DNA of 64,000 nt from Escherichia coli (GTDB taxonomy: Bacteria; Pseudomonadota; Gammaproteobacteria; Enterobacterales; Enterobacteriaceae): the NCBI RefSeq assembly GCF_044324875.1, contig NZ_CP172185.1; one strand, written 5' to 3'. Of this stretch, positions 50,778 through 61,659 are shown in pieces. Within the stretch, counting starts at the first letter, position 1. The number at the start of each line of letters is the position of its first letter. The notes under the pieces are model-generated. The model did no database searches. It had not been told where the DNA came from and saw only the letters and a program-made list of their open reading frames with translations. Made by a program: the position numbers and the translations under genes.

Positions 50778-51143
50778 GTCGACAGGGAGTCAGACAACGA
50801 AGTGAACATCAGGATGATGACACTTCTGAAGGACACACCAGGATGGTGTTTCAGGGAAAGGCTTCTGGATGAAGCGAAGAGGATGACGCAGGACGCGTTA
50901 AAGGACACCTCCAGGATGGAGAATGAGAACCGGTCAGGATGATTCGGTGGGTCAGGAAGGCCAGGGACACTTCAGGATGAAGTATCACATCGGGGTGGTG
51001 TGAGCAGGAAGCAATAGTTCAGGATGAACGATTGGCCGCAAGGCCAGAGGAAAAGTTGTCAAGGATGAGCAGGGAGCAACAAAAGTAGCTGGAATGCTGC
51101 GAAACGAACCGGGAGCACTGTGAATACAGTGCTCCCTTTTTTT
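50778..51143 (+). ncRNA. csrB: CsrB small RNA (CsrA-sequestering, multiple GGA motifs)
   Basis: About 366 nt with roughly 15-18 repeats of CAGGA(U/A/C)G-like motifs (catCAGGATGatg, acCAGGATGgtg, tCAGGATGatt, ttCAGGATGaag, ttCAGGATGaac, cAAGGATGag ...) and terminal hairpin gggagcactgtgaatacagtgctccc + T7; boundaries approximate. Confidence 0.85.
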
Positions 51144-51188
51144 ATTCCTGCTATTCTTCGCGGCAGTTTTTCTTATTGAGGTTGCTTT

Positions 51189-51518
51189 ATGACCACTCAT
51201 GACCGCGTTCGTCTCCAGTTGCAGGCGCTTGAAGCGTTACTGCGTGAACATCAGCACTGGCGAAACGATGAACCCCAGCCGCATCAATTTAATAGTACCC
51301 AACCGTTCTTTATGGACACCATGGAACCACTGGAGTGGTTGCAGTGGGTGCTGATCCCGCGAATGCACGATTTGTTAGAAAACAACCAGCCGTTACCGGG
51401 CGCTTTTGCCGTTGCTCCCTATTATGAAATGGCGCTGGCGACGGACCACCCGCAACGCGCGCTTATTCTGGCTGAGCTGGAAAAACTGGATGCTCTTTTT
51501 GCGGATGATGCGAGCTAA
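51189..51518 (+). CDS. yqcC: DUF446-family protein
   Basis: 109-aa ORF; conserved position upstream of truC. Confidence 0.85.
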   Translation: MTTHDRVRLQLQALEALLREHQHWRNDEPQPHQFNSTQPFFMDTMEPLEWLQWVLIPRMHDLLENNQPLPGAFAVAPYYEMALATDHPQRALILAELEKLDALFADDAS

Positions 51519-52300
51519 TGCTGGAAATACTCTATCAGGATGAATGGCTGGTTGCGGTAAATAAACCCTCCGGCTGGCTGGTTCACCGCAGCTGGCTGGA
51601 TCGCGACGAGAAAGTAGTGGTCATGCAAACCGTGCGTGACCAGATAGGCCAGCATGTGTTTACTGCTCATCGTCTGGACCGACCAACTTCTGGTGTGTTG
51701 TTGATGGGATTATCCAGCGAGGCCGGACGGCTGCTGGCACAACAGTTTGAACAGCACCAAATCCAGAAACGTTACCATGCGATTGTGCGCGGCTGGTTGA
51801 TGGAAGAAGCAGTTCTGGATTATCCACTGGTGGAAGAACTGGACAAAATCGCTGATAAATTTGCCCGCGAAGATAAAGGCCCACAGCCAGCAGTGACGCA
51901 TTATCGCGGTCTGGCGACCGTAGAAATGCCGGTAGCGACCGGACGTTACCCGACCACGCGCTACGGCCTGGTGGAACTGGAGCCGAAAACCGGACGCAAG
52001 CACCAGCTCCGTCGCCATCTTGCCCATTTGCGCCACCCGATTATTGGCGACAGCAAACATGGTGATTTACGCCAGAATCGCAGCGGTGCTGAGCATTTTG
52101 GCCTTCAGCGGTTAATGTTGCATGCCAGTCAGTTGTCATTGACGCATCCTTTTACTGGCGAGCCGCTGACTATTCACGCGGGCCTGGACGACACCTGGAT
52201 GCAGGCGTTATCACAATTTGGCTGGCGCGGTCTGCTTCCTGAAAATGAAAGGGTTGAGTTCAGTGCGCCATCGGGTCAGGATGGAGAGATAAGTTCCTAA
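51518..52300 (+). CDS. truC: tRNA pseudouridine(65) synthase
   Basis: 260-aa ORF, RluA-family motif [12 protein letters not shown]; start overlaps yqcC stop (TAATG). Confidence 0.92.
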   Translation: MLEILYQDEWLVAVNKPSGWLVHRSWLDRDEKVVVMQTVRDQIGQHVFTAHRLDRPTSGVLLMGLSSEAGRLLAQQFEQHQIQKRYHAIVRGWLMEEAVLDYPLVEELDKIADKFAREDKGPQPAVTHYRGLATVEMPVATGRYPTTRYGLVELEPKTGRKHQLRRHLAHLRHPIIGDSKHGDLRQNRSGAEHFGLQRLMLHASQLSLTHPFTGEPLTIHAGLDDTWMQALSQFGWRGLLPENERVEFSAPSGQDGEISS

Positions 52301-52317
52301 TCCAGGGAGAAAACGGT

Positions 52318-52767
52318 ATGGCGGAAATTGGTATTTTTGTCGGCACCATGTACGGAAATTCGCTGTTAGTGGCGGAAGAAGCAGAAGCAATTCTGACCGC
52401 ACAGGGCCACAAAGCAACGGTATTTGAAGATCCTGAATTAAGCGACTGGCTGCCCTATCAGGATAAGTATGTTCTGGTGGTTACGTCCACGACCGGGCAG
52501 GGCGACCTTCCTGATAGCATTGTGCCGCTCTTTCAGGGAATCAAAGATACCCTGGGCTTCCAGCCGAATCTGCGTTATGGCGTGATTGCGCTCGGCGACA
52601 GTAGTTATGTGAATTTCTGCAATGGCGGCAAACAGTTCGATGCCTTGTTGCAGGAACAGAGCGCTCAGCGAGTGGGAGAAATGCTGTTGATTGACGCCAG
52701 TGAGAACCCGGAACCGGAAACGGAATCAAATCCGTGGGTCGAACATTGGGGCACGCTGTTGTCCTGA
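52318..52767 (+). CDS. yqcA: flavodoxin-like protein
   Basis: 149-aa ORF with flavodoxin fold signature ([10 protein letters not shown]..). Confidence 0.9.
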   Translation: MAEIGIFVGTMYGNSLLVAEEAEAILTAQGHKATVFEDPELSDWLPYQDKYVLVVTSTTGQGDLPDSIVPLFQGIKDTLGFQPNLRYGVIALGDSSYVNFCNGGKQFDALLQEQSAQRVGEMLLIDASENPEPETESNPWVEHWGTLLS

Positions 52768-53201
52768 TACGTTCAGCGAGCGGTAAATGCCGTTTTAGCG
52801 GTGCTGAATCGAATCTTTTCAGGCAAATGCCAGTAAAAACTGCTTCATAGCGCGGATTTTTACTGGCGTTTGCCTGGAGTCAAGCGATCCATTTCATACT
52901 CTTCTTTATTTCTTCGTTTTAACCCTTCCTTTCTTGTTCTTGTTTTCATTTCCGTGAAGTGGATTCCACCGTCCAGGGCTAATGCCAAAATCGGGCCTCA
53001 TTGAACGCATTAATGTTGTGTTGTTGCACGGTGAGCCACTATGGCGCGCTTTTTATACTGCTATTGCCAGATATAAACACGCGCCGTATTCGGCGAACGA
53101 CCTATAAAAACGGCAAAAAACACCCTACGTCACCTCTGATTTCCTGGCGATGTCGCAGTCCAGAGTGAGCGTGGCTAACGCGAATTTTCAGGAGTGCAAC
53201 A

Positions 53202-54554
53202 ATGAGTTCTTTAAGTCAGGCTGCGAGCAGTGTGGAAAAACGCACAAATGCTCGTTACTGGATAGTGGTGATGTTGTTTATCGTCACATCCTTCAACTAC
53301 GGCGACCGCGCTACGCTTTCTATTGCCGGTTCGGAAATGGCCAAAGATATCGGCCTTGATCCCGTGGGAATGGGCTATGTGTTCTCTGCTTTCTCATGGG
53401 CTTATGTTATCGGACAGATCCCTGGTGGTTGGTTGCTGGATCGTTTTGGTTCAAAACGCGTCTACTTCTGGTCGATCTTTATCTGGTCGATGTTTACCTT
53501 GCTGCAAGGCTTCGTCGATATTTTTAGTGGATTCGGCATTATCGTTGCCCTGTTTACGCTGCGCTTCCTGGTCGGGCTTGCTGAAGCGCCATCTTTCCCC
53601 GGCAACAGTCGCATTGTTGCGGCCTGGTTTCCGGCGCAGGAAAGGGGAACGGCGGTGTCGATTTTTAACTCCGCTCAATACTTCGCAACGGTGATCTTCG
53701 CGCCGATTATGGGCTGGCTGACGCATGAAGTGGGCTGGTCACACGTCTTCTTCTTTATGGGCGGTCTGGGCATTGTCATCAGCTTTATCTGGTTGAAAGT
53801 CATCCACGAGCCAAATCAACATCCGGGTGTAAATCAGAAAGAGCTGGAGTACATCGCCGCGGGTGGCGCGCTGATCAATATGGATCAGCAAAATACCAAA
53901 GTTAAAGTGCCGTTCAGCGTGAAGTGGGGGCAGATCAAACAGCTGCTCGGGTCACGGATGATGATCGGCGTTTATATCGGTCAGTACTGTATCAACGCCC
54001 TGACTTACTTTTTCATTACCTGGTTTCCGGTTTATCTGGTGCAGGCGCGTGGGATGTCGATCCTGAAAGCGGGCTTTGTGGCTTCCGTTCCGGCGGTTTG
54101 CGGTTTTATCGGCGGTGTGCTGGGTGGGATTATTTCCGACTGGCTGATGCGCCGCACGGGATCGCTGAACATTGCGCGTAAAACACCGATCGTAATGGGC
54201 ATGTTGCTGTCGATGGTGATGGTGTTCTGCAACTACGTCAACGTTGAGTGGATGATCATCGGTTTTATGGCGCTGGCCTTCTTCGGTAAGGGCATCGGGG
54301 CGCTGGGTTGGGCAGTAATGGCAGATACCGCGCCAAAAGAGATCAGCGGTCTTTCCGGTGGCCTGTTCAACATGTTCGGTAACATTTCTGGCATCGTCAC
54401 GCCAATCGCAATTGGTTATATCGTTGGCACGACTGGCTCGTTTAATGGGGCGCTGATTTATGTTGGTGTTCATGCCTTAATCGCGGTGCTGAGCTACCTG
54501 GTGCTGGTGGGCGATATCAAGCGTATCGAGCTGAAACCTGTCGCGGGGCAATAA
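53202..54554 (+). CDS. gudP: D-glucarate/galactarate transporter (MFS)
   Basis: 450-aa multi-TM ORF at head of gudPXD. Confidence 0.92.
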   Translation: MSSLSQAASSVEKRTNARYWIVVMLFIVTSFNYGDRATLSIAGSEMAKDIGLDPVGMGYVFSAFSWAYVIGQIPGGWLLDRFGSKRVYFWSIFIWSMFTLLQGFVDIFSGFGIIVALFTLRFLVGLAEAPSFPGNSRIVAAWFPAQERGTAVSIFNSAQYFATVIFAPIMGWLTHEVGWSHVFFFMGGLGIVISFIWLKVIHEPNQHPGVNQKELEYIAAGGALINMDQQNTKVKVPFSVKWGQIKQLLGSRMMIGVYIGQYCINALTYFFITWFPVYLVQARGMSILKAGFVASVPAVCGFIGGVLGGIISDWLMRRTGSLNIARKTPIVMGMLLSMVMVFCNYVNVEWMIIGFMALAFFGKGIGALGWAVMADTAPKEISGLSGGLFNMFGNISGIVTPIAIGYIVGTTGSFNGALIYVGVHALIAVLSYLVLVGDIKRIELKPVAGQ

Positions 54555-54555
54555 G

Positions 54556-55896
54556 ATGACGACACAATCCAGTCCTGTTATTACTGATATGAAAGTCATT
54601 CCGGTCGCCGGGCACGATAGCATGTTGCTTAATATTGGTGGGGCGCATAACGCATATTTCACTCGCAATATTGTGGTACTCACCGATAACGCCGGGCATA
54701 CCGGCATTGGTGAAGCGCCAGGCGGAGAGGTGATTTATCAGACACTGGTCGATGCTATTCCGATGGTGTTGGGCCAGGAAGTTGCGCGCCTGAATAAAGT
54801 GGTTCAGCAGGTGCATAAAGGTAATCAGGCAGCCGATTTTGATACCTTCGGCAAAGGTGCCTGGACTTTTGAATTGCGCGTTAATGCCGTGGCGGCGCTG
54901 GAAGCCGCCTTGCTTGACCTGCTAGGTAAGGCGCTGAATGTTCCGGTCTGCGAACTGTTGGGGCCAGGCAAGCAACGCGAGGCTATTACCGTCCTCGGTT
55001 ATCTGTTTTATATCGGTGATCGGACCAAAACCGATCTTCCTTATCTGGAAAATACGCCGGGCAACCATGAGTGGTATCAATTGCGGCATCAGAAAGCGAT
55101 GAACAGCGAAGCCGTTGTGCGTCTGGCGGAAGCCTCACAGGATCGCTACGGCTTTAAAGATTTCAAACTTAAGGGCGGCGTGTTACCTGGCGAGCAAGAA
55201 ATCGACACTGTTCGTGCATTGAAGAAACGCTTCCCGGATGCGCGGATTACCGTTGATCCCAACGGTGCATGGCTGCTTGATGAAGCTATTTCTCTGTGCA
55301 AAGGGCTGAATGATGTTCTTACCTATGCTGAAGATCCATGCGGAGCAGAACAGGGGTTCTCCGGACGTGAAGTGATGGCGGAGTTTCGACGGGCGACCGG
55401 CTTGCCCGTCGCGACTAACATGATCGCCACCAACTGGCGCGAAATGGGCCATGCGGTGATGCTCAATGCGGTAGATATTCCACTTGCCGATCCGCATTTC
55501 TGGACGCTTTCCGGTGCAGTCCGCGTAGCGCAGCTTTGCGACGACTGGGGGCTGACCTGGGGCTGCCATTCCAATAATCACTTCGATATCTCTCTGGCGA
55601 TGTTTACCCATGTGGGTGCGGCGGCACCGGGTAATCCTACCGCTATCGATACCCACTGGATTTGGCAGGAGGGCGATTGTCGCCTGACCAAAAATCCGCT
55701 GGAGATTAAAAACGGAAAAATTGCCGTTCCTGATGCGCCCGGTCTGGGCGTGGAACTGGACTGGGAGCAGGTACATAAGGCGCATGAGGCCTATAAACGT
55801 CTGCCTGGCGGTGCGCGTAACGACGCGGGCCCGATGCAGTACCTGATCCCCGGCTGGACCTTTGACCGTAAACGTCCCGTTTTCGGCCGTCATTGA
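54556..55896 (+). CDS. gudX: glucarate dehydratase-related protein (enolase superfamily paralog)
   Basis: 446-aa ORF clearly paralogous to the next ORF (shared blocks e.g. [37 protein letters not shown]). Confidence 0.92.
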   Translation: MTTQSSPVITDMKVIPVAGHDSMLLNIGGAHNAYFTRNIVVLTDNAGHTGIGEAPGGEVIYQTLVDAIPMVLGQEVARLNKVVQQVHKGNQAADFDTFGKGAWTFELRVNAVAALEAALLDLLGKALNVPVCELLGPGKQREAITVLGYLFYIGDRTKTDLPYLENTPGNHEWYQLRHQKAMNSEAVVRLAEASQDRYGFKDFKLKGGVLPGEQEIDTVRALKKRFPDARITVDPNGAWLLDEAISLCKGLNDVLTYAEDPCGAEQGFSGREVMAEFRRATGLPVATNMIATNWREMGHAVMLNAVDIPLADPHFWTLSGAVRVAQLCDDWGLTWGCHSNNHFDISLAMFTHVGAAAPGNPTAIDTHWIWQEGDCRLTKNPLEIKNGKIAVPDAPGLGVELDWEQVHKAHEAYKRLPGGARNDAGPMQYLIPGWTFDRKRPVFGRH

Positions 55897-55916
55897 TTTT
55901 GAAAAAGGACATAAAT

Positions 55917-57257
55917 ATGAGTTCTCAATTTACGACGCCTGTTGTTACTGAAATGCAGGTCATCCCGGTGGCGGGCCATGACAGTATGCTGATGAATCTG
56001 AGTGGTGCACACGCACCGTTCTTCACGCGTAATATTGTGATTATCAAAGATAATTCTGGTCACACCGGGGTAGGGGAAATTCCCGGCGGCGAGAAAATCC
56101 GTAAAACGCTGGAAGATGCGATTCCGCTAGTGGTGGGTAAAACGCTGGGTGAATACAAAAACGTTCTGACGCTGGTGCGTAATACATTTGCCGATCGTGA
56201 TGCCGGCGGGCGCGGTTTGCAGACATTTGATTTGCGGACCACTATTCATGTGGTTACCGGGATAGAAGCGGCAATGCTGGATCTGCTGGGGCAACATCTG
56301 GGGGTTAACGTGGCATCGCTGCTGGGCGATGGTCAACAGCGTAGCGAAGTCGAAATGCTCGGTTATCTGTTCTTCGTCGGTAATCGCAAAGCCACACCGC
56401 TGCCGTATCAAAGCCAGCCGGATGATAAATGTGACTGGTATCGCCTGCGTCACGAAGAAGCGATGACGCCGGATGCGGTGGTGCGCCTGGCGGAAGCGGC
56501 ATATGAAAAATATGGCTTCAACGATTTCAAACTGAAGGGCGGTGTACTGGCCGGGGAAGAAGAAGCAGAATCTATTGTGGCACTGGCGCAACGCTTCCCA
56601 CAGGCGCGTATTACCCTCGATCCTAACGGTGCCTGGTCGCTGAACGAAGCGATTAAAATTGGTAAATACCTGAAAGGTTCGCTGGCTTATGCAGAAGATC
56701 CGTGTGGTGCGGAGCAAGGTTTCTCCGGGCGTGAAGTGATGGCAGAGTTCCGTCGCGCGACTGGCCTGCCGACCGCAACCAATATGATCGCCACCGACTG
56801 GCGGCAGATGGGCCATACGCTCTCGTTACAATCCGTTGATATCCCGCTGGCGGATCCGCATTTCTGGACGATGCAAGGTTCGGTACGTGTGGCGCAAATG
56901 TGCCATGAATTTGGCCTGACCTGGGGTTCGCACTCTAACAACCACTTCGATATTTCCCTGGCGATGTTTACCCATGTAGCCGCTGCTGCACCGGGTAAAA
57001 TTACTGCTATTGATACGCACTGGATCTGGCAGGAAGGCAATCAGCGTCTGACCAAAGAACCGTTTGAGATCAAAGGCGGGCTGGTACAGGTGCCGCAAAA
57101 ACCAGGATTGGGCGTAGAAATCGATATGGATCAGGTGATGAAAGCCCACGAGCTGTATCAGAAACATGGGCTTGGTGCGCGAGACGATGCGATGGGAATG
57201 CAGTATCTGATTCCTGGCTGGACGTTTGATAACAAGCGCCCGTGCATGGTGCGTTAA
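55917..57257 (+). CDS. gudD: D-glucarate dehydratase
   Basis: Start at ATG 55917 ([20 protein letters not shown]..), 446 aa; ORF track is 5'-extended. Confidence 0.93.
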   Translation: MSSQFTTPVVTEMQVIPVAGHDSMLMNLSGAHAPFFTRNIVIIKDNSGHTGVGEIPGGEKIRKTLEDAIPLVVGKTLGEYKNVLTLVRNTFADRDAGGRGLQTFDLRTTIHVVTGIEAAMLDLLGQHLGVNVASLLGDGQQRSEVEMLGYLFFVGNRKATPLPYQSQPDDKCDWYRLRHEEAMTPDAVVRLAEAAYEKYGFNDFKLKGGVLAGEEEAESIVALAQRFPQARITLDPNGAWSLNEAIKIGKYLKGSLAYAEDPCGAEQGFSGREVMAEFRRATGLPTATNMIATDWRQMGHTLSLQSVDIPLADPHFWTMQGSVRVAQMCHEFGLTWGSHSNNHFDISLAMFTHVAAAAPGKITAIDTHWIWQEGNQRLTKEPFEIKGGLVQVPQKPGLGVEIDMDQVMKAHELYQKHGLGARDDAMGMQYLIPGWTFDNKRPCMVR

Positions 57258-57331
57258 GACAGAAAACCAAAACCGGCTTCATAAGAAGTCGGTTTGAGAT
57301 TACTGACGAAGTGGTTTACGGGGCCGGTTTT

Positions 57332-57433
57332 CCCCCTCGCCCTTTCAGGGAGAGGGGCGGGGTGAGGGTAATCATTCGCACTTGCGTTGGCCTGTTCCCC
57401 TCACCCTAACCCTCTCCCCGGAGGGGCGAGGGG
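57332..57433. repeat. large imperfect palindrome (about 37-bp G/C-rich arms, about 28-nt spacer) between convergent gudD and barA
   Basis: Left arm ccccctcgccctttcagggagaggggcggggtgaggg vs right arm cccctcaccctaaccctctccccggaggggcgagggg are near reverse complements. Confidence 0.55.
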
Positions 57434-57497
57434 ACTGTCTGTGCTGCTCCCAGCATTGGCATTGGACGGAACCTATTTTGACTCGACAAGACGTCCA

Positions 57498-60254
57498 TTA
57501 CCCGAGAATTTTGCTGGCTTCGCGCGCGACATTATCCATCTCGTCCAACAGTTCCAGCAGCTCCGGCTCCAAATCTTCTTCTTTAGTACCGCTACGTAGC
57601 TGTTGTTCGATCAGCTGGCAGAGATTCTTCATACGCGGCACACCGCTATAGCCGCAACTGCCATGCAGTTTATGAATCAAATCAACCAGGCCTTCCGGGT
57701 TTTCTCCAACCAGCTGTTCCTCAACTTTGTTGCGAACTTCAGGCAGGAAATCGAGTAACATTTGCAGCATATCGCGCGCTAAATCGGTTTTTCCTGCTGC
57801 CTGGCGTAGTGCCAGTTGCCAGTCGAGGGTCGCATTCGGGTTCACCACAATTTCGTTGACTTCGGGCGTCACGACGCGAGACGAAATACCGCTGCCAGGC
57901 TTGTAGCGCAACAACAAATTATGCAATCGCTCTTCTTCAATCGGTTTCGCCAGATAATCGCTCATCCCTGCGCCAAGCAGCTTCTCTTTTTGCCCGGCCA
58001 TTGCATGCGCCGTTACCGCGATAACTGGCGTTTGTTGCTGATGGGGGAGCTGGTGGATGAGTTCGCAGGCCCGAATGCCGTCCATGTCCGGCATTTGAAT
58101 ATCCATTAAGATCAAATCGAACGGCATCTGTTTCGCCCGTTCAACCGCCTGATGCCCGCTATCGCAAAGTTCCACATGTTGCACCATATCTTCCAGCAAT
58201 GCGCCGATAAGTTTCAGGTTAGCGGGGTTGTCATCAACCGCCATGACTGTCATTGCCAGCTTACTTTCATCGGTTACAGGCAAAAGCGTGTTTTGTTTGT
58301 GATGACAAAATTCCGTCAGGGCAGGTAACAGGCGCGTAGGTGTTAATGGTTTCAGCAGACACGCGCCGATACCATCTTGCTTAAGTTTTTCAGCATTGAC
58401 TTGTGCATGGCAAGGAAGTGCCAGCATCAGGAAATCGGTCATCGATACCGCTTTCGCTAATCGCTCATGTTGCATTGTTAGCGGCTCGCGGAAGGTCACC
58501 GCAATGCCTAATAACATCATGTCGTAATGCGCGGGAGGCAGCGCGGAGAACGTTGGGCTATAAACCACTTCCAGCGGCGTTTCACTTAAAATATCCAGCG
58601 TGCATTGCGCTGCTGCGGAGTTTGGTTCGACATAGGCCAGGCGCTTGCCGGCGAGGCACTGGGTGGATGGCCCTTCGATAATAATGTTCGGGTTCAGATC
58701 GAGATTAATGTGGAACCAGAAAGTTGAACCGCGATTCGGCTGGCTATGGAACGAAATATCGCCGCCCATTTCATTAACCAGTTTTTGTGTAATCACCAGC
58801 CCCAGCCCGGTGCCACCATGACGGCGGGAAATACTGGCATCAGCCTGTCGGAAGGCCTGGAATAAGCGCGATTGATCGCGTTCAGGAATACCAATGCCGG
58901 TATCCCGAATCTGCACTTCAATCTGCACTTTAGTATTACTCAGCGCACGTTTTTCTACCAGAATATCAATGTTGCCATTCTCGGTGAATTTAATTGCATT
59001 CCCTACCAGGTTAGTGATGATTTGCTGTAATCGCAGTGGGTCGCCAATTACGTTATCGGGCACGTCGCTCTTAATATTGAGCGTCAGTTCCAGCCCTTTA
59101 TCGTGAGAAGAATGTGCCAGCAGGGTAACGACTTCATCCAGCGTGCTGCGTAGTGGGAATGGAATACTTTCCAGAATCAGCTTACCTGCTTCCAGTTTCG
59201 AGAAGTCGAGAACATCATTAATAATTGCCAGCAAATTATTTGCCGAACGTTCAATCGTATTCAGGTGATCGCGCTGCGTTGGTGTTAATTCTGTTTTCAG
59301 CGTCAGGCGGGTAAAGCCAATAACACCATTCAGTGGTGTACGCAGCTCGTGTGACATATTTGCCAAAAACTCGGATTTAATACGCGCCGCTTCCTGGGCG
59401 CGCTTTTTCGCCAGATCCAACTCAACGTTCTGAATTTCCATCTGCTCCAGCGTTTCACGCAGATCGGACGTCGCCTGGTCGATATTGTGCTGCATCTCTT
59501 CGTGATAAGCAGCCAGCGACATTGCCATCGAGTTGATACCGTTTTTCAGCATATCCAGCTCGCCGAGCATAAATCCTTCCACCCGGCTGTCGAGTTGCCC
59601 GCGACGGATGCGGTCGACGGTATTCACCATGTTGCGAATCGGACCGGTTACATCGCGCATTAAGCGCCAGCCAAAAATAAGCGCAATACCGATACAAAAC
59701 AGCATCATCACGCTGGAAATAAAGATCTCTTTATATTGCTGCAAGCGAACCGATTTAAGATCCAGCTCCAGCGCAATATATCCCAGCATATTTTGACTAT
59801 TTTTGGCATCGCTACTGGGCGATTCGTCGGGGGAGTAACTCTCAGAAATAATCGGCGTGCGGAGGATCATAATATCGCCGTCACGAGTGACAGTGAGCTG
59901 GCGAGGAAACGGCACGTTGCTGCCGAGCTGCATTGATGAAGGATCAAGATGAAAATTGGAGGTGACAAAGAGTCGGTTATTTTCATCATAAACCGAAATC
60001 GCGCGAACAATATCGGAATGGCGACGATGCAGTACGCTTATTAACTGACCGATAGATTCGCGATTTTGCAGGCTCATGCCATATTCAGTAGAAACTGCAA
60101 GCGGCTCAATAATGCTGGCTCCGGCATCTTCCAGTTGACGCTGCAAGTCGTTATAGCGATGCACAACGAAAAAGATACTCAGCAATAAACCAATAAGGAC
60201 GGTCGGTGCCAGGATCAGAATCATCATGCGTGCGCGCAGGCTGTAGTTGGTCAT
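57498..60254 (-). CDS. barA: hybrid sensor histidine kinase BarA (HAMP-HisKA-HATPase-REC-HPt)
   Basis: 918-aa ORF with H-box ([12 protein letters not shown]), receiver and HPt regions. Confidence 0.95.
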
Positions 60255-60310
60255 GGAGTTCCGTTATGGGACAATTAAGGTCACACTGTTAAATTGAGAA
60301 AGTCTCGCCA

Positions 60311-61612
60311 ATGGCGCAATTCTACTCTGCAAAACGACGCACGACGACGCGTCAGATCATAACTGTTTCAGTCAACGACCTCGACTCTTTTGGTCAGGGC
60401 GTGGCGCGACATAACGGCAAAGCGTTATTTATTCCTGGATTACTGCCACAGGAAAACGCGGAAGTTACTGTTACTGAAGATAAAAAACAGTATGCCCGCG
60501 CTAAAGTCGTGCGCCGGTTAAGCGATAGCCCGGAACGCGAAACGCCACGCTGCCCTCATTTTGGCGTATGCGGTGGCTGTCAGCAACAACACGCCAGCGT
60601 GGATTTACAGCAGCGAAGCAAAAGTGCGGCACTCGCCCGATTAATGAAACACGAAGTCTCTGAAGTGATCGCCGATGTTCCCTGGGGCTATCGCCGTCGC
60701 GCGCGTTTAAGTTTGAACTACTTACCGAAAACACAGCAACTTCAGATGGGGTTTCGCAAAGCGGGCTCCAGTGACATTGTCGACGTTAAACAATGCCCCA
60801 TTTTAGTGCCCCAACTTGAAGCATTGCTGCCCAAAGTCAGGGCATGCCTGGACAGCTTACAAGCTATGCGCCATCTTGGTCATGTTGAACTGGTACAGGC
60901 AACCAGCGGCACGCTGATGATTTTGCGCCATACCGCACCGCTAAGTTCGGCTGATCGCGAAAAACTGGAACGCTTTTCGCATTCTGAAGGCCTGGATCTG
61001 TATCTCGCCCCCGATAGTGAGATACTCGAAACCGTCGCTGGTGAGATGCCCTGGTATGACTCAAACAGGTTGCGCTTAACTTTTAGCCCGCGCGATTTTA
61101 TTCAGGTCAATGCGGGTGTGAACCAAAAAATGGTAGCGCGTGCGTTGGAATGGCTGGATGTGCAACCTGAAGATCGCGTACTGGATTTGTTCTGCGGTAT
61201 GGGCAACTTTACACTGCCATTAGCGACACAAGCTGCCAGTGTGGTGGGTGTAGAAGGTGTTCCGGCGCTGGTGGAAAAAGGCCAGCAGAATGCGCGTCTT
61301 AATGGCTTACACAATGTGACGTTTTATCACGAAAATCTTGAAGAAGATGTCACAAAGCAGCCGTGGGCGAAAAACGGCTTCGATAAAGTGTTGCTGGACC
61401 CGGCGCGAGCAGGTGCCGCAGGTGTTATGCAGCAAATTATAAAACTGGAACCTATTCGTATAGTTTATGTATCCTGTAACCCTGCAACGCTGGCTCGGGA
61501 TAGCGAAGCGTTATTAAAAGCAGGATATACCATTGCGCGACTGGCGATGCTGGATATGTTCCCACACACGGGACATCTGGAATCGATGGTACTTTTCTCG
61601 CGCGTTAAATAG
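60311..61612 (+). CDS. rlmD: 23S rRNA m5U1939 methyltransferase (TRAM + Fe-S + SAM MTase)
   Basis: 433-aa ORF with Cys cluster [14 protein letters not shown]. Confidence 0.93.
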   Translation: MAQFYSAKRRTTTRQIITVSVNDLDSFGQGVARHNGKALFIPGLLPQENAEVTVTEDKKQYARAKVVRRLSDSPERETPRCPHFGVCGGCQQQHASVDLQQRSKSAALARLMKHEVSEVIADVPWGYRRRARLSLNYLPKTQQLQMGFRKAGSSDIVDVKQCPILVPQLEALLPKVRACLDSLQAMRHLGHVELVQATSGTLMILRHTAPLSSADREKLERFSHSEGLDLYLAPDSEILETVAGEMPWYDSNRLRLTFSPRDFIQVNAGVNQKMVARALEWLDVQPEDRVLDLFCGMGNFTLPLATQAASVVGVEGVPALVEKGQQNARLNGLHNVTFYHENLEEDVTKQPWAKNGFDKVLLDPARAGAAGVMQQIIKLEPIRIVYVSCNPATLARDSEALLKAGYTIARLAMLDMFPHTGHLESMVLFSRVK

Positions 61613-61659
61613 TTGCGATTTGCCGATTTCGGCAGGTCTGGTCCCTAAAGGAGAGGACG

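Noticed and set aside
50720-51200. Two small minus-strand ORFs (62 and 71 aa) between syd and yqcC
   Set aside because: They are the antisense of the CsrB sRNA repeat region.
55183-56816. Long antisense ORFs (236 aa and 229 aa) inside gudX and gudD
   Set aside because: Occur at equivalent positions in two paralogs, as expected from shared sequence and codon bias; not independent genes.
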